Part shown: one piece after another, positions 37,455 through 46,450 of the stretch | Layout: every line of letters begins with the position of its first letter | How positions within the stretch are numbered: position 1 is the stretch's first letter | Origin: Halieaceae bacterium UBA5085 | GTDB lineage: Bacteria; Pseudomonadota; Gammaproteobacteria; Pseudomonadales; Halieaceae | DNA length: 64,000 bases | Assembly: GCA_002414665.1 (NCBI GenBank) | Contig: DIAF01000045.1 | Span: 31,521 to 95,520, forward strand | Direction of reading: 5' to 3' | Translations under genes and position numbers: made by a program | The notes under the pieces: generated by a model | Databases searched by the model: none | What the model saw: the letters and a program-made list of their open reading frames with translations, nothing else | Told to the model about the DNA's origin: nothing

Positions 37455-38270
37455 ATGCCAATACATGACATTCTGGCGGCGGCGGTACTGCGCATCTTGC
37501 GCCCCCTCGCCCGTGTACTGCTCTCACACGGCATGGCCTACGGCACATTTGCCGAACTGGCCAGGCGTGCTTTTGCGGATGAGGGGTTTGTGCTGGCCGC
37601 CCGCGGCGGCAAACGCGCAACGGTCTCCAGCGTGTCGGCCCTCACGGGTATGACCCGCAAGGAAATCAGCCGGCTGCGTGAATCCGATGTGCCCGTCAGT
37701 GCAGGTGCGAGCCAGCGCTATAACCGGGCGATCCGGGTGATCAGCGGCTGGATCAACGACGCCGATTTCCACGATGCCTCCGGCCAGCCGGCGGCGTTGC
37801 CGCTGGAGGGTGCCGAGGCGAGCTTCGCTGAGCTCACACGGCGCTACAGCGGTGATGTTCCGGCGGCTGCGATGCTCGCTATCCTGGAAGCCAGTGCGAA
37901 CGTCCGTGTGCAGGACGGCATGGCACTTCTCGTTGAGCGTGCCTACATTCCCATGGCGACTTCGACAGAAAAAATTAATATCCTCGGCAGGGATGTGGGT
38001 GAGCTGGTCTACACCATCGGCCACAACCTCGAGGCCCCCCCGGCAGACCGTTATTTCCAGCGCAAGGTGTCCAACGCATCCATCGGCGCCTCGGCGGCCG
38101 AGGAGTTCCGTGCGCTGTCGAACCGCAAGTCCCAGGAACTGCTTGAAGAGTACAACGCCTGGCTGAACCAGCATCAAGAAGACGACACGACTGTGGGTGC
38201 AGAGTCACCCCGTTATGTTGCCGTCGGCATCTATTATATCGACCTCCCTGAACAGGAGCAGTTGCCATGA
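37455..38270 (+). CDS. DUF6502-like protein (uncharacterised; possible HTH segment)
   Basis: VLRILRPLARVLLSHGMAYGTFAELARRAF resembles the DUF6502 N-terminus (from memory). SALTGMTRKEISRL is HTH-like. The start could be 37413, 37449 or 37455. Confidence 0.55.
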   Translation: MPIHDILAAAVLRILRPLARVLLSHGMAYGTFAELARRAFADEGFVLAARGGKRATVSSVSALTGMTRKEISRLRESDVPVSAGASQRYNRAIRVISGWINDADFHDASGQPAALPLEGAEASFAELTRRYSGDVPAAAMLAILEASANVRVQDGMALLVERAYIPMATSTEKINILGRDVGELVYTIGHNLEAPPADRYFQRKVSNASIGASAAEEFRALSNRKSQELLEEYNAWLNQHQEDDTTVGAESPRYVAVGIYYIDLPEQEQLP

Positions 38271-40081
38271 AACACACCTTCATACCGCGTCCCCTCGTCA
38301 CGTCCAGTGCTTTGGCCCTGGTGCTCTCTGCCTGCGGTGGAGGCGGGGGTGGAGGCGATGGTCTCGTTGCAGTGAATCCGTCGCCTCCTACCGGTGGCGG
38401 TGGCATCGGGGGGTCGGGGCAGAGCACGACGAGTAGCGGGACCATCGACGGATTCGGCAGCATTTTTGTCAATGGCGTGCGCTATGAAACTGACGATGCG
38501 GAGGTCATCATTGATGGCCAGGTGTTGGATGACGATGCCTTGCGCCTCGGCATGGTGGTTCTCGTGACCGGTCAGGTGGACGACAGCAGCGCGACCGGGA
38601 CGGCCGAACGTGTTGTATATGACAATGAATTAAAAGGCCCAATATCCAGTATCGAACTGTCCGCCGATGGTGACGCCAAGCTGCTGACCATTCTCGGCAT
38701 CAATGTCATCGTTGAACGAGCTGGTACGGTGTTCGAAGACGTGACCTTTGACAGCGTGGACGTTGATGACTTCGTAGAAGTGTCCGGTTTCAGCGGCCGT
38801 GGCGACAGCTTGCGTGCGACGCGTCTCGAGCGGAAGGAACCTTTTGTCCCGGGGCAGTCTGTAGTTGAGATTCGCGGCCGCGTAGGCGTGGTCACGGGAA
38901 GCCAGTTCGCCTTTGGCGATGTCACCGTGGACTTCAGCACAGCGGCACTTGAGGACTTCGGCAGTGCCGTGATTACGGAGGGACAACTGGTTGAAGTCTA
39001 CGGCACGCTTGCTGATGGCATCATCACTGCTACCCGTATTGAACTGGACGGCGGCGTTGCCAGCCGTTTCACCGAAGGCGCTACCATTCAGGTGCAGGGC
39101 GCTATCACAGGGTATCTGGACCCCACCAGCTTCCGTGTGGGCGGTGTTGACGTGGATGCGTCCAATGCGGTGCTGCAGCCCTCGGATCTGGTGCTTGCCA
39201 ACGGCGCGGTGGTGCAAATCAATGGTGTTTGGGAATCCGGCCGCTTGGTCGCGAACTCGGTGCAGTCCCGCCGCGGTCGTATCAAGGTCGAAGCCCCGGT
39301 CGGAACGGTTGATGCAGATGCCGGAACCATCACGTTGCAACTCATACCCGGGACGGTGACTGTCAGCATCGATCCCGCAACACGCTTTGATGACGACACT
39401 GATCGCTCCAGCATTCTCCGCATCGGCGACCTTGTAGCCGGTGACTTTCTTGAGGTTGAAGCCTATCTCGATGGCAGTCGTCTGGTGGCGACGACTATCG
39501 ATCGCGACGATGATGACAATGAGCAGGAGTTGCAGGGTCCGGTGGATGCATTCGTCGCCGGCGAGAGTATTACGGTTCTCGGTCTGACCTACAGCACCGC
39601 CGGAGCCGAGTTTGAGGGGCGCGACGATGTTGACATCAGCGGCGATACGTTTTTTGCGAACGTGCAGGTTGGTGATCTGGTCAAAATCAGCGATGACAGC
39701 ATTGCGGACGGCATTGCTGATGAAGTCGAGTTTGAAGATCGGGTCGCGCTGGCGGGTGAGCGAGAGTTCGCCTGCTTCGGGGACGACGATTCTGACGACG
39801 GTGATGAGACCGATGATTCGAGTGAAGGTTGTGATGATTTCGACGATGACAACCCCCTGGCATCGGACGACGACCTTACAGACGACGATGACCTGACAGG
39901 GGACGACGACCTTACAGACGACGATGACCTGACAGGGGACGACGACCTGACAGACGACGATGATCTGACGGGGGACGACGACCTTACAGACGACGATGAT
40001 GACATCAATGACGATGACGATAATGACATCAATGATGATGACGATGACGAAATTAATGATGATGAGCAGGAAGACGACTAA
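38267..40081 (+). CDS. Lipoprotein with repeated DUF5666-type beta modules and a poly-Asp C-terminal tail
   Basis: Lipobox LSAC followed by a Gly run. At least six modules of the form V-E-V-x-G...DG...ATRIE. The last ~100 aa are mostly Asp. ATGA overlap with the upstream gene. Confidence 0.7.
   Translation: MKHTFIPRPLVTSSALALVLSACGGGGGGGDGLVAVNPSPPTGGGGIGGSGQSTTSSGTIDGFGSIFVNGVRYETDDAEVIIDGQVLDDDALRLGMVVLVTGQVDDSSATGTAERVVYDNELKGPISSIELSADGDAKLLTILGINVIVERAGTVFEDVTFDSVDVDDFVEVSGFSGRGDSLRATRLERKEPFVPGQSVVEIRGRVGVVTGSQFAFGDVTVDFSTAALEDFGSAVITEGQLVEVYGTLADGIITATRIELDGGVASRFTEGATIQVQGAITGYLDPTSFRVGGVDVDASNAVLQPSDLVLANGAVVQINGVWESGRLVANSVQSRRGRIKVEAPVGTVDADAGTITLQLIPGTVTVSIDPATRFDDDTDRSSILRIGDLVAGDFLEVEAYLDGSRLVATTIDRDDDDNEQELQGPVDAFVAGESITVLGLTYSTAGAEFEGRDDVDISGDTFFANVQVGDLVKISDDSIADGIADEVEFEDRVALAGEREFACFGDDDSDDGDETDDSSEGCDDFDDDNPLASDDDLTDDDDLTGDDDLTDDDDLTGDDDLTDDDDLTGDDDLTDDDDDINDDDDNDINDDDDDEINDDEQEDD
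39866..40000 (+). repeat. In-frame 36-bp tandem repeat (~3.7 copies) encoding DDDLTDDDDLTG
   Basis: Units at 39866-39901, 39902-39937 and 39938-39973, plus a partial fourth. Confidence 0.85.
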
Positions 40082-40107
40082 GGGTAGGACCTTCGACCGT
40101 TAGTATT

Positions 40108-40141
40108 GGGGGGGGTTACTCTGCTGAGGCCCCCCCTTTTT
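40108..40141 (+). terminator. Putative intrinsic terminator for the DUF5666 gene (G8 / C7 stem plus T5)
   Basis: GGGGGGGG-14 nt-CCCCCCC-TTTTT, 27 nt after the stop. The stem is built from the last codons of the convergent sufE. Confidence 0.45.
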
Positions 40142-40574
40142 CATGCGCCGCTATCTGCCGTATTCTGGCGACCATTGCCCGCAGCCCGTTGCCCCGCGTG
40201 GGAGACAGGTGACGCAACAGGTCAAGCTGCTCAAAATAAGCGTCGATGTCGAAGGCCTGCACTTCCTCGGGTGTCTTGTTGTTGTAGGCTGCAAGCACGA
40301 CACCGAGCAGGCCCTTGACGATAAATGCGTCACTGTCTACTGACAGCTGCAGGCGACCCTGCTCCAGCTGTGCATCGATCCACACCTGGCTCTGGCAGCC
40401 ACGGATCTTGTGATCCTCGGTGCGTAGCTCTGGCGGCATGTCCGGGAGTTCACGGCCCAGGTCGATGATGTATTTGTAGCGGTCTTCCCAGTCGTCAAAA
40501 AACGCGAGAGTGTCTATGATGTCGTCGCTGGTGATGCGGTGGCCAAACGGATTGGCGGGCGCCGGGTCTGGCAC
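40116..40574 (-). CDS. sufE: Cysteine desulfuration protein SufE
   Basis: RGCQSQVW active-site motif; 152 aa. Confidence 0.85.
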   Translation of the reverse strand: MPDPAPANPFGHRITSDDIIDTLAFFDDWEDRYKYIIDLGRELPDMPPELRTEDHKIRGCQSQVWIDAQLEQGRLQLSVDSDAFIVKGLLGVVLAAYNNKTPEEVQAFDIDAYFEQLDLLRHLSPTRGNGLRAMVARIRQIAAHEKGGASAE

Positions 40575-40586
40575 GGTGGAGTCTCC

Positions 40587-41129
40587 CTAGTAAAACATGC
40601 CGGTTTCGAGCTGGGCTTCCTCAGACATCATGTCGCGGCTCCAGGGCGGGTCGAAGACCAGATCTACATCGACGCTTTTGACATGCGGCACCTGTGACAC
40701 GCGATACTTGACGTCCCCCACCAGCACCGGGCCCATGCCGCAGCCCGGCGCTGTCAGTGTCATGCTGATTGCGACACGGCCGCTGTCCTGGTCGATTTCG
40801 ACGCTGTAGATCAGCCCCAGGTTGACCAGGTCGACTGGTACCTCGGGATCATACACGGTGCCCAGAGCCTCCCACACCTGCGCCTCGTCAATGCGGCCGT
40901 CTGCCGGCGGTGTGAAGTCCAGTCGCTGCGGTGTCAGCCCGAGCGCATCGGCATCGGTGCCGTCTACACGCACCATATTGCCGTTGTGAATGACCGTGTA
41001 GTTGCCACCCAGTGCCTGGGTCAGCGTCACGAACGTGTGCGCCGGGATGGTCACCGGGTCGCCAACGGGTACCAGCCTGCCCGGGCAGTCGCGCTGGGTG
41101 GTCAACAGTGTTCTTTCCTGGGCGCTCAT
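40587..41129 (-). CDS. sufT: SufT-like Fe-S assembly protein (DUF59/MIP18 domain)
   Basis: VYDPEVPVDLVNLGLIY and LTAPGCGMG are DUF59 motifs. Located within the suf operon. Confidence 0.75.
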   Translation of the reverse strand: MSAQERTLLTTQRDCPGRLVPVGDPVTIPAHTFVTLTQALGGNYTVIHNGNMVRVDGTDADALGLTPQRLDFTPPADGRIDEAQVWEALGTVYDPEVPVDLVNLGLIYSVEIDQDSGRVAISMTLTAPGCGMGPVLVGDVKYRVSQVPHVKSVDVDLVFDPPWSRDMMSEEAQLETGMFY

Positions 41130-41143
41130 TCGGACTCCACTGA

Positions 41144-41500
41144 TCAGCTGATGCTGAAGCTTTCGCCGCAGCCGCAGGCAGCAGTGACGTTCGGGTTGTG
41201 GAACTTGATGGTACGGTTGAGACCTTCCTTTTCGAAATCCAGCCGGGTGCCCTGTAAAACAGGCAGCGAGGCGCGGTCTACGAAAATCGCCAGCTCCGCG
41301 TCCGGATGCAGGGCGAGGTCCCCCTCCTGGCCGCTGTCCACTTCGTCCATGACGTACATGAAGCCGGTGCAGCCACTCTCCCGGACGCTGATGCGCAGCG
41401 CTCGCTTGCCCGACTGGCCAAGCTGTTTCTTCAGGTAGGCAGCCGCTGCCGGCGTTACCTGCAGGGCATCGGTGTTCACGTCAAACGTTTCAACGCTCAT
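41144..41500 (-). CDS. sufA: A-type Fe-S carrier SufA/IscA (HesB family)
   Basis: ESGCTGF and the C-terminal CGCGESF motif. Start at ATG 41500. Confidence 0.85.
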   Translation of the reverse strand: MSVETFDVNTDALQVTPAAAAYLKKQLGQSGKRALRISVRESGCTGFMYVMDEVDSGQEGDLALHPDAELAIFVDRASLPVLQGTRLDFEKEGLNRTIKFHNPNVTAACGCGESFSIS

Positions 41501-41510
41501 AAATAACCTT

Positions 41511-42758
41511 CTAGCCAAAGAGCCGTTTTGCCTTGTGGATACCGGCGAACAGTCGCTCGACATCATCCGCGGTATTGTACAGTGAATAGGATGCGCGCAC
41601 CGTTCCCGGCAGCTCATAATGAGCCATCAGCGGCTGCGTGCAGTGGTGGCCGGTACGCACGGCGATACCCTGTTCATCCAGCAGCATCCCGAGGTCGGAG
41701 GGATGCACACCCTCGAGTACGAAGCTGAAGATGCCAACGGCGTGTGCAGGGCAGCCGATGCGGCGCAGACCGTCCACTTGCGCGGCGAGTGCGACCGATT
41801 GGGTCAGCAGGCTCACCTCGTGCGCTGCAGCGGCCTCGATATCAATGTCCGCGAGATAATGGATGGCGGCGGCCATACCTATCGCGCCGGCAATATTGGG
41901 CGTGCCCGCCTCGAACTTGAAGGGCAGGGTGTTCCAGGTGTTGCCGCTGAAACTGACGGTTTCTATCATCTCGCCGCCTCCGAGGAAGGGCGGCATATCT
42001 TCCAGCAGGGCCTCCCGACCCCAAAGCACGCCGATGCCCGTAGGGCCAAACAGCTTGTGCGCCGAGAAGACATAGAAATCGCAGCCGATGGCTTGCACGT
42101 CCACCGCCATGTGCGCAACCGCCTGGGCCCCGTCTACCAGGATTTTCGCCCCGGCGGCGTGGGCCATGCGGCTGATCTCCGTCACCGGGTTGACGGTGCC
42201 CAGTGCATTGGAGACGTGGTTGACCGCAACCAGTTTGACGCGCTCATCCAGCAGGCCTGCAAGTGCCTGCAGGTCGATATCGCCCGCCTCGGTGATGGGA
42301 ATGGGCACCACTTCGGCGCCGGTGGCAGCCGCTGCCAGCTGCCAGGGTACGATGTTCGAGTGGTGTTCGAGGTAGGAAACCAGGATACGGTCACCGCCGC
42401 GCAGCTGGCTGCGCCCCCAACTGTAGGCAACCAGGTTGATCGCCTCGGTCGCGCCGCGCGTCCAGACTACCTGGTGGCTGCCGGGACTGTTGATAAAGCG
42501 GGCCACCGTTTCGCGCGCGCCTTCGAAGGCCATTGTGGCGCGGTCGCTGAGGGTATGTACACCGCGGTGTACATTGGCGTTGTCGTGGCGGTAGTAGTCG
42601 CTAATCGCCTGGATCACCGCTTCGGGTTTTTGCGTGGTCGCTGCGTTGTCGAGGTAGACCAGTGGGGCACCATTCACGGACTGCTGCAGGATCGGAAAGT
42701 CCTGGCGCAGTGCCTCGGGATTGAAGTTGACCGGCGTGACCGTGGCAGGAGAGCTCAC
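41511..42758 (-). CDS. sufS: Cysteine desulfurase SufS
   Basis: Class-V aminotransferase with SAHKLFGPTGIG (PLP lysine) and RTGHHCTQPL. Confidence 0.9.
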   Translation of the reverse strand: MSSPATVTPVNFNPEALRQDFPILQQSVNGAPLVYLDNAATTQKPEAVIQAISDYYRHDNANVHRGVHTLSDRATMAFEGARETVARFINSPGSHQVVWTRGATEAINLVAYSWGRSQLRGGDRILVSYLEHHSNIVPWQLAAAATGAEVVPIPITEAGDIDLQALAGLLDERVKLVAVNHVSNALGTVNPVTEISRMAHAAGAKILVDGAQAVAHMAVDVQAIGCDFYVFSAHKLFGPTGIGVLWGREALLEDMPPFLGGGEMIETVSFSGNTWNTLPFKFEAGTPNIAGAIGMAAAIHYLADIDIEAAAAHEVSLLTQSVALAAQVDGLRRIGCPAHAVGIFSFVLEGVHPSDLGMLLDEQGIAVRTGHHCTQPLMAHYELPGTVRASYSLYNTADDVERLFAGIHKAKRLFG

Positions 42759-44059
42759 AGGATATGCCTCGTCAGGCGTGAATCCCGTGCAAAGCGTCGG
42801 GCCAGCAGGGGTTTCAGGAAGGCCTGCAGTTCGGCCTGTTCCACTGCCTCCACCAGTTCATTGATAAAGCCGTAGCTGAGCATCACCTCGGCTTCATCGC
42901 GTGGCACGCCCCGGGTGCGCAGATAGTGCAGCGTTAGCGGGTCCAACTGGGCCACAGTGGCGCCGTGGGCGCACTGTACGTCGTCGGCATAGATCTCCAG
43001 CTCTGGCTTGGTGTTGATCTCTGCCTTGTTGCTGGTGAGGAGGTTTTTGTTGCTCAACTCGGCGCGCGTTTTCTGCGCCTGGGGATGGATGTGAATTCGC
43101 CCATTGAACACGGCGCTGGCCTCATCGGCGATAATGCCGCGGAAGCGCTCCCGACTGGTGCAGTGGGGCACAGCGTGTTCGATGCAGGTGTGGTAATCCA
43201 CCGTTTCGGTGCCGCGAGGGAGGTAAAGGCCGTCCAGGGAACAATGTGCCCCGGCCCCTTGATGATTGACTACCAGGTCAATGCGTTTCAGCGCGCTGCC
43301 CAATGCGAGGTGGAAACCATTCAGCGTGCTGTCCGCCTCCTGACGGGCGTGTACACCGCCGATATGTACCACGTCGCCCTGTTCAAGGTGCAAACGGTAA
43401 TGATTAAGCTGCGCCCCGCGGCCGATCAGCAGCTCGGTGAGTCCATTGGTGAAGGCGGTACCACCCGTGGCTGTATTGGCGAAGGACTCCACAAGCGTGG
43501 CGCCACTGTTTTCCCCAAGGCTGACCAGCAGACGCTGGGTCACACTGATGGACTCGTTCTGCCCCGTTGTCAGCCAGGCGATGTGCACGGGTGTCTCGAT
43601 GCGGGTATTGGCCGCTACATCCATGAACACGCCATCGGTGAGCGTGGCGTCATTCAACGGCGCAAAAACGTGACGCCCCGGCAAGATCGCGCTGCCCAGG
43701 GCTGCGGCAATGCGTTCGGCCTGGTCGCGGGTCGCGTCAGCAAAGCGCACCAGCCTCAAACCGGCGGGTAGCTCCGTGGTGGACAGGTCTGCCCGATAGT
43801 GGCCGTCAGTGAACACCAGCGTGGGCCCCGACAGTTTTGGCAATGGCACGTCCCCAAGCGGTGAACCCGCCGCCTGTGTGGGCGCTGCGCTGAAGGTTTT
43901 TTGCAGCGCCTGCAGGCTGGTGTATTTCCAGGCCTCCGTCTTGCGCGTCGGCATTGACGTGTTGCTCCACGCTTCACGACCGCGCGCCTGTAGTGGCTCC
44001 AGCCAGGGTGGAGCCGAGCGCGAGGCAGCCGCCAGTGCCTGCTGCATGAAGTCATTCAT
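42755..44059 (-). CDS. sufD: Fe-S cluster assembly protein SufD
   Basis: 434 aa. C-terminal beta-helix region conserved with SufB. Operon position between sufC and sufS. Confidence 0.85.
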   Translation of the reverse strand: MNDFMQQALAAASRSAPPWLEPLQARGREAWSNTSMPTRKTEAWKYTSLQALQKTFSAAPTQAAGSPLGDVPLPKLSGPTLVFTDGHYRADLSTTELPAGLRLVRFADATRDQAERIAAALGSAILPGRHVFAPLNDATLTDGVFMDVAANTRIETPVHIAWLTTGQNESISVTQRLLVSLGENSGATLVESFANTATGGTAFTNGLTELLIGRGAQLNHYRLHLEQGDVVHIGGVHARQEADSTLNGFHLALGSALKRIDLVVNHQGAGAHCSLDGLYLPRGTETVDYHTCIEHAVPHCTSRERFRGIIADEASAVFNGRIHIHPQAQKTRAELSNKNLLTSNKAEINTKPELEIYADDVQCAHGATVAQLDPLTLHYLRTRGVPRDEAEVMLSYGFINELVEAVEQAELQAFLKPLLARRFARDSRLTRHIL

Positions 44060-44805
44060 CAGGCGACATCCTCCAGCCAGGCGTAGCCGCGTTCCTCGAG
44101 TTCCAGTGCCAGCGAATGATCGCCGGATTTGACGATACGACCGCCGGAGAGCACGTGCACCCGATCTGGTTTGATGAAATTGAGCAGGCGCTGGTAGTGC
44201 GTCACCAGAATGAAACTGCGGTCGGGGCTGCGCATGGCATTGATGCCATCGGCGACCACCTGCAGCGCGTCGATATCCAGCCCGCTGTCGGTTTCGTCCA
44301 TGATGCAGAGCTTCGGCGCCAGTAGCATCATCTGCATCAGCTCGTTGCGTTTCTTTTCGCCGCCGGAGAAGCCTTCATTGACACCTCGCTTCAGGAATGC
44401 CTGGTCCAGGTTCACTGCCTTGCAGGCCTCGCGGGCCTGCTTCATGAAGGACACACTGTCCAGCGCCGGCTCATTGCGGTGTTCACGCACGGCATCCACA
44501 GAGGCCTTGAGGAATTCCATGTTGCTGACGCCTGGAATCTCCACCGGGTACTGATAGGCGAGGAACAGGCCGAGGTGCGCGCGCTCCTCTGTGTCGAGTG
44601 TTAACAGATCCTGCCCCAGCAGTTGTGCGCTGCCCGCGGTCACCGTGTAGCCGGGTCGACCCGCCAGCACGTGGCCCAGAGTGCTCTTGCCCGATCCATT
44701 GGGCCCCATGATTGCATGGACTTCACCCGCGCCAACGGCGAGGTCGAGCCCTTTCAGAATGGCTTTGTTCTCTACACTGGCGTGCAGGTTGTCGATCTTC
44801 AACAT
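44059..44805 (-). CDS. sufC: Fe-S cluster assembly ATPase SufC
   Basis: Walker A GPNGSGKST and signature FSGGEKKR. Confidence 0.95.
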   Translation of the reverse strand: MLKIDNLHASVENKAILKGLDLAVGAGEVHAIMGPNGSGKSTLGHVLAGRPGYTVTAGSAQLLGQDLLTLDTEERAHLGLFLAYQYPVEIPGVSNMEFLKASVDAVREHRNEPALDSVSFMKQAREACKAVNLDQAFLKRGVNEGFSGGEKKRNELMQMMLLAPKLCIMDETDSGLDIDALQVVADGINAMRSPDRSFILVTHYQRLLNFIKPDRVHVLSGGRIVKSGDHSLALELEERGYAWLEDVA

Positions 44806-44855
44806 GGTTTTCTTGCTCCGAAGTGCGGCACCGGCGCCGCACGCTAGTCATGGGT

Positions 44856-46301
44856 TTAACCGACAGAACCTTCGAGGCTCACTTCCAGCAGCTTGCCTGC
44901 TTCCATGGCGAACTCCATGGGCAGCTCCCTGAAGACTTCCTTGCAGAAGCCATTGACGATCATGGAGACCGCCTTTTCTGCGTCGAGGCCTCGCTGCTGG
45001 CACAGGTATAGCTGGTCATCGCTCACCTTGGACGTCGTTGCCTCGTGTTCAATGACGGCCGAGGGGTTGCGGCTTTCGATGTAGGGAAAGGTATGCGCCG
45101 CACAACGATCACCAATCAGCAGCGAGTCGCACTGGGTGTAATTGCGCGCACCCTCCGCTCGCGGGCTCATGCGTACCAGCCCTCGATAGGCGTTGGAACT
45201 CTTGCCCGCTGATATGCCCTTGGAGATGATGGTTGAGCGCGTATTCTTGCCCAGGTGAATCATCTTTGTGCCCGTGTCGGCCTGTTGAGCATTGTTGGTC
45301 AGGGCCACTGAGTAAAACTCCCCGACGCTGTTGTCACCGCGCAGTATGCAACTGGGGTACTTCCAGGTGATCGCCGAACCGGTTTCTACCTGCGTCCAGG
45401 ATATCTTCGAGTCGCGGTGCGCCACGCCGCGTTTGGTCACGAAGTTGTAGATGCCGCCTTTGCCTTCAGCGTCCCCCGGGTACCAGTTCTGCACAGTGGA
45501 GTATTTGATCTCCGCGCCGTCCAGCGCCACCAGCTCAACCACGGCAGCGTGTAGCTGGTTCTCGTCACGCATGGGAGCGGTGCAACCCTCGAGGTAGCTG
45601 ACGTGACTGCCTTCGTCGGCAACGATCAGCGTGCGCTCAAACTGGCCGGTGTTGGCTTCGTTGATGCGGAAATAGGTAGACAGTTCCATTGGGCAGCGCA
45701 CACCCTTGGGGATGTAGACGAAGGAACCATCACTGAACACTGCGCTGTTGAGCGCCGCATAGAAGTTGTCCTTGCGCGGCACAACACTGCCCAGATACTT
45801 TTTGATGAGCTCGGGGTAGTCGTGAACAGCCTCCGATATCGAACAAAATATGACGCCCGCCTCCCAGAGTTTTTCGCGGAAGGTTGTCGTGACGGATACC
45901 GAGTCGAATACCGCATCTACGGCGACACCTGCGAGGGCAGCTTGCTCGTGCAATGGGATTCCCAGCTTGTTGTAGGTCTCGATGAGCTGGGGATCGACCT
46001 CGTCCAGACTCTGGGGCCGGTCTTTCATCGCCTTGGGCGAAGAAAAATAGGAGATTTCGTTGAACTTGACCGGCGGATAGTTGACGTGGGCCCAGGCCGG
46101 CTCCGCCATCTGCAGCCAGTCGCGATAGGCTTGAAGTCTCCATTCAAGCAACCACTCAGGCTCGTTCTTGCGACCGGAAATGAAGCGGATGGTGTCTTCG
46201 TTCAGCCCCGGCGGCAGCGTGTCCGACTCGATGTCGGTGGTGAAGCCCGCAGCATATTCCTTGCGTATGGCGTGTTCGATGTGTTCCTGCGACATAATCA
46301 A
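44856..46301 (-). CDS. sufB: Fe-S cluster assembly scaffold SufB
   Basis: 481 aa with highly conserved SufB segments ([19 protein letters not shown]). Confidence 0.95.
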   Translation of the reverse strand: MIMSQEHIEHAIRKEYAAGFTTDIESDTLPPGLNEDTIRFISGRKNEPEWLLEWRLQAYRDWLQMAEPAWAHVNYPPVKFNEISYFSSPKAMKDRPQSLDEVDPQLIETYNKLGIPLHEQAALAGVAVDAVFDSVSVTTTFREKLWEAGVIFCSISEAVHDYPELIKKYLGSVVPRKDNFYAALNSAVFSDGSFVYIPKGVRCPMELSTYFRINEANTGQFERTLIVADEGSHVSYLEGCTAPMRDENQLHAAVVELVALDGAEIKYSTVQNWYPGDAEGKGGIYNFVTKRGVAHRDSKISWTQVETGSAITWKYPSCILRGDNSVGEFYSVALTNNAQQADTGTKMIHLGKNTRSTIISKGISAGKSSNAYRGLVRMSPRAEGARNYTQCDSLLIGDRCAAHTFPYIESRNPSAVIEHEATTSKVSDDQLYLCQQRGLDAEKAVSMIVNGFCKEVFRELPMEFAMEAGKLLEVSLEGSVG

Positions 46302-46401
46302 TGACCTGTGCTGGCGCGCGTGACAGTGGTGGCTCGTGGTTCCGTGTATTTTCGCACGCGCTGCACCCCGATGGCGACACGCTCAACCAGGATGCCGGTG
46401 A

Positions 46402-46426
46402 ATACCTGAGTATTTTAGTCGACTAT
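46402..46426. promoter_or_regulatory. Putative Rrf2/IscR type-1-like operator upstream of sufB
   Basis: ATACCTGAGTATTTTAGTCGACTAT matches the recalled type-1 consensus ATASYYGACTRWWWYAGTCRRSTAT at 24 of 25 positions. It lies 100-125 bp upstream of the sufB start. Confidence 0.45.
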
Positions 46427-46450
46427 TGCCCCGGGTGCAACGCGTGCCCG

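Noticed and set aside
39866-40000. A regularly spaced 36-bp repeat that could superficially look like a CRISPR-type array.
   Set aside because: The units are contiguous with no spacers, stay in frame and encode the DDDLTDDDDLTG tail of the lipoprotein. No cas genes are present.
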